From NCBI GenBank assembly GCA_963712275.1, contig CAVQHD010000001.1, forward strand, positions 736,001 through 800,000: a DNA stretch of 64,000 bases. Direction: 5' to 3'. Origin of the DNA: an uncultured Rhabdochlamydiaceae bacterium. GTDB lineage: Bacteria > Chlamydiota > Chlamydiia > Chlamydiales > Rhabdochlamydiaceae. This document shows, piece by piece, positions 38,461 through 47,032 of the stretch (position 1 is its first letter; each line of letters opens with the position of its first letter). The position numbers and the translations under genes are program-made. The notes under the pieces were generated by a model. It was not told where the DNA came from, did not search any database, and saw only the letters and a program-made list of their open reading frames with translations.

Positions 38461-41400
38461 ATGGGTTGGATTCCTCTTCACGTTCATTCGCAATACTCGA
38501 TTTTAAACTCGACGGCTTCAATAGAAGATCTTGTCGAAAAGGCGAAGGATTTGGGACTCCCCGCCTTGGCTCTGACAGATGAAGGGAATATGTATGGAGC
38601 CGTTGAGTTTTACAAAGCGTGCCGAGAAGCAAAGATTAAGCCGCTCTTGGGGTGCGCATTGCATCTTGCCCCAGGGCATCGAACAGAGAAAAAACGGATC
38701 CCGGGGACGCCGGCGGGATTTCCGCTGATCCTTTTGGCGAAAAATCAAACAGGATACCGCAACCTTTGCAAGCTGAGCTCTTACGCTCATCTCGAAGGTT
38801 TTTACTACACTCCAAGGATTGATAAAGAGCTTCTTGAAAAACATTCCGAGGGGTTGATTTGCCTTTCAGGGCCGATTCAGGGATTGATTCCTTTTTTAAT
38901 TCTGCAGGGGAAAGAGAGAGAGCTGGAGCAAGAGATTGATTGGTTTCAAAAGCAGTTTGGCGCCGATTTTTATTTTCAGCTTGAGCGGCATCGGATGGAC
39001 GAAGAGCAGATTAAACAAGATGGAATGGAGCGCGAAGGGTGGCTCTTGCAGAACTACCGGGACTACGTTCGAAACCAGGAAGTCGTCATCGAGCGTCTTG
39101 TAGAGATTGGACGGAGTCGAAAGATCTCTTGTGTTGCAACGCAGTCGGTCCATTATTTGGAGAGATCCGATTGGAAAGCACACGAGATTTTGATGAATAT
39201 TCAGTCAGGGGAGCCGTGCGAGATTTGGGAAAGGGACTCTCAAGGCAATCCTAAGGAGCGGGTCTTAAATCCAAAGCGGCAGGTTTATTTCTCTCACGAA
39301 TTCTATTTTAAAACACCGAAGCAGATGGAAACTTTATTTGCCGATCTTCCGGAAGCTTTGAAGATGACGGAGGAGATTGCAGGTAAGATTCAGGTGGAGC
39401 TCGATTTCAAGACTCGGTTTTATCCGATCTTTACGCCTCCTACAGGGATGACGAAAGAAGCCTATCTTCGGCACCTTTGCGAAGAGGGGGTTGTTAAGAG
39501 ATATACTCTCGATCGGCTTGCAAAGGTTCAAGAAAAATACCCTGGGCAAAATCCCTTGGAGGTTGTCAAGAGGCGGCTGCTCTATGAGCTTGATATCATC
39601 ATTTCCAAAGAGATGGGAGATTATGTCCTGATCGTTCACGATTTTATCGACTGGGCTAAGCGCCAAAAGATTCCAATGGGCCCTGGACGAGGGTCGGGAG
39701 TCGGATCGATCGTTTTATTTTTGATTGGAATCACCGACATTGAGCCGCTTCGGTTTAATTTGTTCTTTGAAAGGTTTATTAACCCAGAAAGGCTTTCATA
39801 TCCTGACGTCGACGTTGACATCTGTATGGATAGACGAGATGAAGTGATTCAATACACCGTCGAAAAATATGGCCGTGATAAGGTCGCCCAAATTATCACA
39901 TTTGGAACAATGAAAGCAAAGATGGCGATCAAAGACGTGGGACGTGTTTTAAGCGTTCCTTTACCGAAGGTCAATGGGATTGCAAAACTTGTCCCAGACG
40001 ATCTTGGGATTACTTTGGATAAAGCCCTTTCGACAGATCCAGATCTTCGAGCTGCCTATGAGACAGATCCTGAGGTGAAGGAGGTGCTTGATATTGCAAG
40101 GAAGCTTGAAGGGTCGGTTCGCAACACGGGGATCCATGCAGCGGGGCTCATTATTTCAGGAGATTCTCTCACAGATCATATTCCTGTTTGCAGCCCTAAG
40201 GATACCGATATTCTCGTCACCCAGTTCTCAATGAAGCCTGTCGAAGCGGTTGGAATGTTGAAGATCGACTTTTTAGGACTAAAAACATTGACGTCGATTC
40301 AAAAGACGGTGGATGCTATTGCAGAGCATCATGGAAAAAAGATCGATTGGGTGAATATCGACCTTGATGATAAGCCTACATTTCATTTGATGAATCAGGG
40401 AAAATTAAATGGAATCTTTCAGATGGAATCATCCGGGATGCAAGAGCTAGCCCGCCAACTTCATATTGATAAATTTGAAGAGGTGATTGCGGTTGTCGCT
40501 CTTTATAGGCCAGGTCCAATGGAGATGATTCCCTCCTTCATCCAACGGAAACACCACAAAGAGTCGATTGAAATCGATCATCCTCTCATGAAAGATGTAC
40601 TCTCCGAGACCTACGGCATCATGGTGTATCAAGAGCAGGTTATGCAAAGCGCAAGCCTTCTTGCCAACTATACTCTTGGTGAAGGGGATGTCCTTCGTCG
40701 AGCCATGGGAAAAAAAGATCGGGAAGAGATGGCTCGCCAGCGGGATAAGTTTAGGAAAGGGGCTGAGGAAAAAGGGATTGATCCTGACCTCGCAATGAAG
40801 ATTTTCGATAAAATCGAAAAATTTGCCTCGTATGGATTTAATAAAGCTCATGCAGCCGCCTATGGATATCTGGCGTATGTCACCGCATTTTTGAAAGCCA
40901 ATTACCCTGGAGAGTGGATGGCAGCGCTTCTCACATGCGATCGGGATGATGTGACGAAAGTAGCGAAGTTGATCGGCGAATGTCAATCGATGAACCTTCC
41001 GATCTTGCCGCCGGATGTCAATGAATCCGCCCATGAATTTATGGCAAATCCACGAGGAATTCGGTTTGCCATGAGCGGAATTAAAGGAGTAGGGGAAGGA
41101 GTTGTTGAAACGATTCTCGAAGAGAGAAAACGGTCGGGGCCGTACCGCTCTCTGTACGATTTTTGCTACCGGATTGATACAAAAAAAGTTGGCAAAAAGA
41201 CCATCGAACTTCTCATTGAAGCAGGGTGTTTTGATTTTACAAAAGCGTCTCGAGAAGCCATGATCCAAGCGGTTGACACGATGTATGAGGCAGCAGCAAC
41301 GCGGCAAAAAGAGACGGCCAAAGGATTGATTGATTTGTTTGGAGATGCTGCAGATGAGTTAACCATTCCTGAGCTTTCGACAAAAGCGGTTTCTCGAGCG

Positions 41401-42132
41401 CACCTTCTCAAAAGAGAGCGGGAGCTTCTCGGTTTTTACGTCACGGGACACCCTCTGGAGGAATACAAACCGCTCATTCAGAAACTCTCCTGCGTACCTT
41501 TCCATCACGTTGAACAGCTTGAAGCCGACGCCCTCTTTCGATCGGTTTTTATTCTTGATGAAATGCACATTAAAATCTCGGCAAAGACGCAAAAGAAGTT
41601 CGCCGTGCTTCAAATCAGTGATGGAGCGCTTCGTTTTGAAGTTCCCGTTTGGTCCGATCTGTTTGAACAAAAGGGACATATCCTTGCTGAAAATCAACTC
41701 TTTTATGCAATCTTGCAAGTTGATCGAAGGGAAGGGGATTTAAAGCTCCAGTGCCGATGGTTGGATGAGCTCTCTCGCGCTGATGAGGCGATGATCCAAG
41801 AATGCGATCGGGTTTATGAGAGGCTCAAAGCTCAAAAGAAAACGACCTCCTTCCGAGACAAAAAATCTTTCAAGGGAGCAGAAAAGAGGGAGCAGCTCAT
41901 GAAACTTTTTTTAAAACTTGATATTGATAAAGTTAGGCACAGTCAGATTCTTGAAATGAAGAAATTGTTTCGTCAATACTCAGGTAAGACACCGCTCGTC
42001 ATTGAATTTGCCTCTTCTTCGAAATCATATGGCCAAGTCCATGTCGATGAAAGATGGGGAGTGTCTCTGGAAAATGAGCTTGAACGCGAGCTTCAGAAAA
42101 TCCCATCCCTTTTAGGGATTGCCAAGAAGTAA
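38461..42132 (+). CDS. dnaE: DNA polymerase III alpha subunit
   Basis: PHP LHVHSQYS, GPGRGSG, PDVDVD, KIDFLGL, YGFNKAH. Confidence 0.97.
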   Translation: MGWIPLHVHSQYSILNSTASIEDLVEKAKDLGLPALALTDEGNMYGAVEFYKACREAKIKPLLGCALHLAPGHRTEKKRIPGTPAGFPLILLAKNQTGYRNLCKLSSYAHLEGFYYTPRIDKELLEKHSEGLICLSGPIQGLIPFLILQGKERELEQEIDWFQKQFGADFYFQLERHRMDEEQIKQDGMEREGWLLQNYRDYVRNQEVVIERLVEIGRSRKISCVATQSVHYLERSDWKAHEILMNIQSGEPCEIWERDSQGNPKERVLNPKRQVYFSHEFYFKTPKQMETLFADLPEALKMTEEIAGKIQVELDFKTRFYPIFTPPTGMTKEAYLRHLCEEGVVKRYTLDRLAKVQEKYPGQNPLEVVKRRLLYELDIIISKEMGDYVLIVHDFIDWAKRQKIPMGPGRGSGVGSIVLFLIGITDIEPLRFNLFFERFINPERLSYPDVDVDICMDRRDEVIQYTVEKYGRDKVAQIITFGTMKAKMAIKDVGRVLSVPLPKVNGIAKLVPDDLGITLDKALSTDPDLRAAYETDPEVKEVLDIARKLEGSVRNTGIHAAGLIISGDSLTDHIPVCSPKDTDILVTQFSMKPVEAVGMLKIDFLGLKTLTSIQKTVDAIAEHHGKKIDWVNIDLDDKPTFHLMNQGKLNGIFQMESSGMQELARQLHIDKFEEVIAVVALYRPGPMEMIPSFIQRKHHKESIEIDHPLMKDVLSETYGIMVYQEQVMQSASLLANYTLGEGDVLRRAMGKKDREEMARQRDKFRKGAEEKGIDPDLAMKIFDKIEKFASYGFNKAHAAAYGYLAYVTAFLKANYPGEWMAALLTCDRDDVTKVAKLIGECQSMNLPILPPDVNESAHEFMANPRGIRFAMSGIKGVGEGVVETILEERKRSGPYRSLYDFCYRIDTKKVGKKTIELLIEAGCFDFTKASREAMIQAVDTMYEAAATRQKETAKGLIDLFGDAADELTIPELSTKAVSRAHLLKRERELLGFYVTGHPLEEYKPLIQKLSCVPFHHVEQLEADALFRSVFILDEMHIKISAKTQKKFAVLQISDGALRFEVPVWSDLFEQKGHILAENQLFYAILQVDRREGDLKLQCRWLDELSRADEAMIQECDRVYERLKAQKKTTSFRDKKSFKGAEKREQLMKLFLKLDIDKVRHSQILEMKKLFRQYSGKTPLVIEFASSSKSYGQVHVDERWGVSLENELERELQKIPSLLGIAKK

Positions 42133-42504
42133 GTCGCATTTTGCAGCTAAAATAAAGTCGCTCTCCGTAAGGCCGTTGATTTTATGCGTCCAAATCTCGA
42201 GAACCACTTTTCCCCAAGAAAGGAAGATGTCGGGATGGTGTCCTTCGACTTCTGCAATTTTCCCAACTTGATTGGTAAAATCAAGCGCTGTTTGAAAGTT
42301 TGAAAAGTGAAATTCTTTTTTTAAATGATGCTCATCGATAACCGCCCATCCTTTAGGAAGCTGGACAAGCAAAGTTTTGAATTCTTCTCCTTTTAATGGA
42401 GCGGCGGTGCCTTTGCACGGTATACATTTTCTTTGGTTTAAGAGACTGCCTACGGATTCAGTTTCAGTCGATTTTTGGGTTCTTTTGACCGATTTTTGAT
42501 TCAT
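42112..42504 (-). CDS. Pterin-4-alpha-carbinolamine dehydratase (native start displaced by a palindromic insert)
   Basis: CIPCKG, EGHHPDI, WTHKINGLTESDFILAAK. The in-frame ATG at 42504 lies inside the element; the probable original ATG lies beyond it (42619 or 42624). Confidence 0.8.
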   Translation of the reverse strand: MNQKSVKRTQKSTETESVGSLLNQRKCIPCKGTAAPLKGEEFKTLLVQLPKGWAVIDEHHLKKEFHFSNFQTALDFTNQVGKIAEVEGHHPDIFLSWGKVVLEIWTHKINGLTESDFILAAKCDLLLGNP

Positions 42505-42610
42505 TTGTTGGGGATAATATACGAAAGTTGATATTATCCCCAACAAATGAATCAAAAATCGGTCAAAATAATCCCAAAAATCGACGAAACCTGAATTCGT
42601 AGGCAGTCTC
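42442..42610. repeat. 169-bp palindromic element (family A)
   Basis: Arms GAGACTGCCTACG; same central ATATACGAAAGTTGATAT as 31229-31398 (opposite orientation); flanks TAA/TAG. Confidence 0.93.
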
Positions 42611-42660
42611 TAGGGGCATGCCATTTTTCCATTTTAGGATTATTCCGATTTTATTGCATA

Positions 42661-43674
42661 ATGAGCTTTATGAAATGGTTGCCGTGGATGGTTCTATGTC
42701 TTTCTCTCCCGCTAATGGGTGCCTATACTGTTAGGGGAGGCAAGGTTATCAATGTGGAAGAGGTTGCGACGCTCTCGGTGCAAGATCACCATGGGCTGCT
42801 GCTTGAAGCGGTGGAAAGTCAAAATTGGCAAGAGGCCATTCATCAAGCCAATATTGTCATTAAGAACTTTCCCAATACCCCCTTTTTTCAAGAAGCGTTC
42901 TATTTCCTTGCGACTGCCTATTTCAATCTGGAAGATTTTGACATTGCTAACCAACATCTGACGTCCTATCTCCGGAAGCAAACCGTTCTGCAACATTTTC
43001 GTGAAGCTATTGAACTCAAATTCCAGATCGGAGAGAAATTTCGAGAAGGTTACAAACGACATATTGGCGGGTATGAACTTCTTCCCAAATGGATGCCAGC
43101 TAAAGAGGAAGCGATTAAAATTTATGAGGAAGTGATTAGTGCGCTCCCAAATGATGATTTAGCTGCGAAAGCGCTTTTTGGCAAAGGTGTTCTCCTTCTG
43201 GAAGATCATGAGTTTACGGCGAGTATTGAAACGCAGCAGACATTAATTCGGCGTTTTCCAAAACATCCTCTAACACCTGATGCTTATACTGAAATCGGCC
43301 GAGTCTATTTGATTCAATCCAAGGAGAAGTATCCTGATGCCGATTGTCTAGATCTTGCATCGATCAATCTTCGAAAGTTTCGGCAAGAGTTTCCTTTAGA
43401 TGAGAGAATCGAGAAAGCAGAGAACTTCTTTGGTCAGATGCAAGAAGTTTTTGCCGAAAATTTTTATGAGATTGCTCAATTTTATGAGCGTACAAAAAAA
43501 CCGCACGCCTCGATTTTATATTATTCAAAAATAATCAAAGCTTTTCCTAATACAAAGACAGCAGAACTTTCTAAAAAGCGGCTGAGTGTTCTCAATCCTT
43601 CCCAAGATACGGCACTCCATGATTCAGAACTGACAATGGAGCCCATTCCTGAGCCTGAAGTCCCACTTCAATGA
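42661..43674 (+). CDS. TPR outer-membrane assembly protein, BamD-like
   Basis: Signal peptide, TPR helices, IAQFYERTKKPHASILYY; conserved chlamydial position after dnaE. Confidence 0.75.
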   Translation: MSFMKWLPWMVLCLSLPLMGAYTVRGGKVINVEEVATLSVQDHHGLLLEAVESQNWQEAIHQANIVIKNFPNTPFFQEAFYFLATAYFNLEDFDIANQHLTSYLRKQTVLQHFREAIELKFQIGEKFREGYKRHIGGYELLPKWMPAKEEAIKIYEEVISALPNDDLAAKALFGKGVLLLEDHEFTASIETQQTLIRRFPKHPLTPDAYTEIGRVYLIQSKEKYPDADCLDLASINLRKFRQEFPLDERIEKAENFFGQMQEVFAENFYEIAQFYERTKKPHASILYYSKIIKAFPNTKTAELSKKRLSVLNPSQDTALHDSELTMEPIPEPEVPLQ

Positions 43675-44438
43675 ACAGCTTCTTAAAAAGCCTCTTTCTT
43701 CTGAGCCAGTTGCAAAACTCCAATTTGGGGCCAAATCCGCGCTTTTGCTGCTGGATTCCTTTTCTCCGCAAATCGCCTACTCTGCGTCGAGTATGTCAAT
43801 TTGCAGAGAAAAGGAACCAGCGGCAAATTCATCGAATTTGGCCTCCAAAGCGAGTTTTGCAACTGACTCTTCTCTTCATTCTCTCGAGTTGCGGCTATCG
43901 GACAATCTCATCCGAAGATCGACCGACTCTCTCTATTCCCTTTGTGCGGGGAGATGAAGAAGGGCTCTTGACGGAGGCTTTAATTTCGGAAATGAACCAG
44001 ACAGGGCTCTATCAGTATGTCGGAAGTCAAGGAGATCTTGAGCTGAAAATTTCCATTGTGGGAAATCACGAGGAAGTCATTGGGTATCGGTATGATCGTA
44101 AAGAAAGATCGGGTCGTATTGAGCCGAACTTAATGGCCACAGAAAATCGGCGCCATGCAGCTGCGGAAGTGACCCTTTTTCGGCACGGAGAAGAGGAGCC
44201 TATTTTGGGTCCTTTCGTTGTGACTGCGTCTGCTGAGTTTGATTATATTGATGTGAGCACAATCCGCGAGCTTGCTTTTATCAATTCTCATGGAAAACCT
44301 GAAAAGGTGATCAATTTCTCTCAAGGACAGCTCGATTCGATTGAAGGAGCGCAAGATAATGCTTTGCATCCTTTGTATGAGCAGCTTGCAAAAAAAATTT
44401 CCGCGGCGATTCAGAAATATAAGTTCACGGAGGATTAG
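43671..44438 (+). CDS. LptE-like lipoprotein carrying a 57-aa in-frame repeat insertion
   Basis: Lipobox LSSC|GY and TLSIPFV..D LptE-like segment; N-terminus interrupted by 43703-43869. Confidence 0.72.
   Translation: MNSFLKSLFLLSQLQNSNLGPNPRFCCWIPFLRKSPTLRRVCQFAEKRNQRQIHRIWPPKRVLQLTLLFILSSCGYRTISSEDRPTLSIPFVRGDEEGLLTEALISEMNQTGLYQYVGSQGDLELKISIVGNHEEVIGYRYDRKERSGRIEPNLMATENRRHAAAEVTLFRHGEEEPILGPFVVTASAEFDYIDVSTIRELAFINSHGKPEKVINFSQGQLDSIEGAQDNALHPLYEQLAKKISAAIQKYKFTED
43703..43869. repeat. 167-bp palindromic MITE (family B) inside a CDS
   Basis: Termini GAGCCAGTTGCAAAACTC...GAGTTTTGCAACTGACTC; TTCT direct repeat at 43699-43702 and 43870-43873. Confidence 0.9.
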
Positions 44439-44868
44439 GCCGGTTGATCGAAGAAATGATTGCTTCGGTATCAATGACTTCCGTTAAGAAATGCTCTAAG
44501 ACCTTTAAGATAAATTTAGGAGCATTATAAACTCCTGTTGTTGAGAAAACAAGTTCTAGGTGAGGTTTGTGGTTAGGTTGAATACGGCCAATGAAAATCA
44601 AAGTCAGAGGGGCCTCTTGGATCATTTTTGGTAAGATCCAAACAACAAACTGTTCATTAAATAGAGTCACTTTGTCGGCAGCTTCATGAACGTGGAAATA
44701 ATGCATTAATTCTTCGCTTGAGAGAGACTGATCAAACTTACTGTTATCAAGAAGACCAAAAGCATGAAGGAGATTCAGATCAACAGCGATGATTCCATCA
44801 GGGGCATGTTTTTGAAGGTTTTGAGAAAATTCTACAAAAGCATCTTCGAGTTGCGCAGGCGTCAGCAT
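44425..44868 (-). CDS. Conserved chlamydial hypothetical protein
   Basis: Compact ORF (likely start MLTPAQ) between the LptE-like gene and dac, as in chlamydial gene order. Confidence 0.7.
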   Translation of the reverse strand: MLTPAQLEDAFVEFSQNLQKHAPDGIIAVDLNLLHAFGLLDNSKFDQSLSSEELMHYFHVHEAADKVTLFNEQFVVWILPKMIQEAPLTLIFIGRIQPNHKPHLELVFSTTGVYNAPKFILKVLEHFLTEVIDTEAIISSINRPNPP

Positions 44869-44998
44869 CTTTTTTTCCTCGTATTCTTTGTAAATACACG
44901 GCACTCCTTGTGATATCAACAATTTTTTTTAAATTTTTTTAAGTATTTTATATTTAGTAACTTGTGGAAAAATCTTTGGTGTGCCATAATAACGTTAT

Positions 44999-46255
44999 AT
45001 GAAATTCTGCATGTTATGCGCAGTCATTTTATCTATTTTCACGCTTGAGGCAAAGCCGCTTTCGGTAAAAGTTTCTGCTCCATCGGCAATATTAATCAAT
45101 AGTGAGACAGGAGCAATTCTGTATGAAAAAGAGATTCACCAAAAGCGATTCCCCGCGAGCACGACAAAAATTGCAACGGCTTTTTATGTGCTTGAAAAAA
45201 AGGGGGAGAGTTTACACGAGAGGGTTGCAGCAGGAGATGATGCGCTCATGACCGTTCCCGCAACCATTCGATTATCTAATCACCCTTCTTACCGGTTAGA
45301 AGTCAGAGGAACTAGCGCGAGGATTCGCCCAGGGGAAGTGATGACTCTTTCAACTCTTCTCTATGGCCTCCTTCTTCCTTCTGGAAATGACGCGGCAAAT
45401 GTGCTTGCAGAGGCTGTTTCAGGAAACATCGATTGTTTTATGCAGGAGCTCAACCTATTTTTGAAAGGGCATGGGATTTCTCAAACGCAGTTTACAAATC
45501 CCCACGGTCTTCACTGCGACAATCATTGGACGACAGCCTATGACATGGCTCAAATCACACGCCTTGCTCTCAAACACCCCGTTTTTCGGCAGATCGTAAA
45601 AACGGCGCGCTTCTCGAAACCGCAGTCGGAGCAGGCTTTTATGCAATCCAATCGGCTCCTGAGAGAAGGTCCCTATTTTTATTCAAAAGCAATAGGGGTG
45701 AAGACAGGGTATACCTCTCGAGCAGGTTACAATTTAGTGGGGGCGGCAACGCACGAGGGAAGAACTTTGATTGCCGTTCTTTTGAACTGCCCAGAAAATC
45801 ACGATCGGTTTCGAGATGCCATTAAGCTTTTCGAAGCTGCTTTTTCTGAAAAAAAGACTTCCCGTACCCTATTTGCACAAGGGCACGACCGTTTTATATA
45901 CCAAATTCGAGGAGGAACCTGCCCTCTTCAAGCAGCTTTAAAGGAAGATGCCATATTAGAGTATTACCCTGCGGAAGAGCCTTATTTCCGAGCTGAAATT
46001 GAGTGGAGATTCAAATCGCTTCCCGTTGCCCAAGGTGATCTTGTAGGACACTTAAAGTGTATCGATGAAAAAGGGAACCTTCTGCTAGAAAAATCTCTCT
46101 TTGCTTCAAATTCAGTGGAAAAACAAATCTGGGCTGCTATTGTCGATTATTGTCTTGCCCATAAGTCTTTTTTCCTTGCCCTATTCCTAGGAGGGCAGGT
46201 GGTTTTGTTGCTCATCTATCATATGAAAAAGGGTCAAAAAGTCGGCAAGCGATAA
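44999..46255 (+). CDS. D-alanyl-D-alanine carboxypeptidase (S11)
   Basis: PASTTK (SxxK), SGN, NPHGL and KTG motifs; C-terminal TM segment. Confidence 0.93.
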   Translation: MKFCMLCAVILSIFTLEAKPLSVKVSAPSAILINSETGAILYEKEIHQKRFPASTTKIATAFYVLEKKGESLHERVAAGDDALMTVPATIRLSNHPSYRLEVRGTSARIRPGEVMTLSTLLYGLLLPSGNDAANVLAEAVSGNIDCFMQELNLFLKGHGISQTQFTNPHGLHCDNHWTTAYDMAQITRLALKHPVFRQIVKTARFSKPQSEQAFMQSNRLLREGPYFYSKAIGVKTGYTSRAGYNLVGAATHEGRTLIAVLLNCPENHDRFRDAIKLFEAAFSEKKTSRTLFAQGHDRFIYQIRGGTCPLQAALKEDAILEYYPAEEPYFRAEIEWRFKSLPVAQGDLVGHLKCIDEKGNLLLEKSLFASNSVEKQIWAAIVDYCLAHKSFFLALFLGGQVVLLLIYHMKKGQKVGKR

Positions 46256-47032
46256 CTCTTCAGGCCGCACCATCGCACCCTTTCCAATTTTCATAAGCCC
46301 TTCTTCAATTTGGGCAAGGGGGTATTTTGTTTTGAGAGATGTCCGAATCATTTTACGCCGCTGTTGAAAGGTGTGCCTTACCATTTCGAAAAAATGGCTT
46401 TCTGAACTCACTTCAGGAGGTTTTTTGAGAATGAAGCGAATGACTGCAGACTGAACTTTTGGCGCAGGATAAAAGCAGCTTGGGCTCACGGTAAAACCTT
46501 TTAAAGGATCAGAGTAAAACTGCGTAAACACAGAGAGAGAACTGTAGTCTTTTGTTTTTGGTTTTCCAAGCAAGCGATCGGCAACTTCTTTCTGAACCAT
46601 GACTGTGATGGAATGGAATATTTCTCGATGGGGTAAAAAACGAGTAAGGATGGGTGTTGTGATGTGGTAGGGGAGATTGCCAATCACTTTCATTGGAGAG
46701 GCCGCATGCTTTAAAGGATCCCAAGATAGAATATCATCTTCAATGATCGTGAGCCGGTGATCCTCTGTTTGAAATCGGTGAAGCGCTTCAGCAAATTTGT
46801 GGTCTTTCTCGATGGCAAGGACTCGAGCGCCTTGATTAAGCAATATCTCAGTTAAAACTCCAGGACCGGGTCCAATTTCTAAGATAGAGTCGCCCTGCTT
46901 GATGTCTGCAAATGCAATGATTTTGCGAACGATATTTCCATCGATTAAAAAATTTTGAGACATCCCTTTTTTAGGGCCAGCCCCGATCCCACTCAGAAAT
47001 GCTTTAAGTTCGGACGGTTTATAAAGGTTCAT
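46187..47032 (-). CDS. rsmA: 16S rRNA dimethyladenosine transferase
   Basis: SQNFLID, LEIGPGPG, GNLPYHIT, MVQKEVA. Confidence 0.96.
   Translation of the reverse strand: MNLYKPSELKAFLSGIGAGPKKGMSQNFLIDGNIVRKIIAFADIKQGDSILEIGPGPGVLTEILLNQGARVLAIEKDHKFAEALHRFQTEDHRLTIIEDDILSWDPLKHAASPMKVIGNLPYHITTPILTRFLPHREIFHSITVMVQKEVADRLLGKPKTKDYSSLSVFTQFYSDPLKGFTVSPSCFYPAPKVQSAVIRFILKKPPEVSSESHFFEMVRHTFQQRRKMIRTSLKTKYPLAQIEEGLMKIGKGAMVRPEELSLADFLTLFHMIDEQQNHLPS

Noticed and set aside
40447..41307. 286-aa antisense ORF inside dnaE
   Set aside because: A shadow frame of a long conserved gene, with no recognisable motifs
46187..46255. Convergent overlaps dac/rsmA (69 bp) and argS/epmB (30 bp)
   Set aside because: Short tail-to-tail overlaps are common in compact genomes
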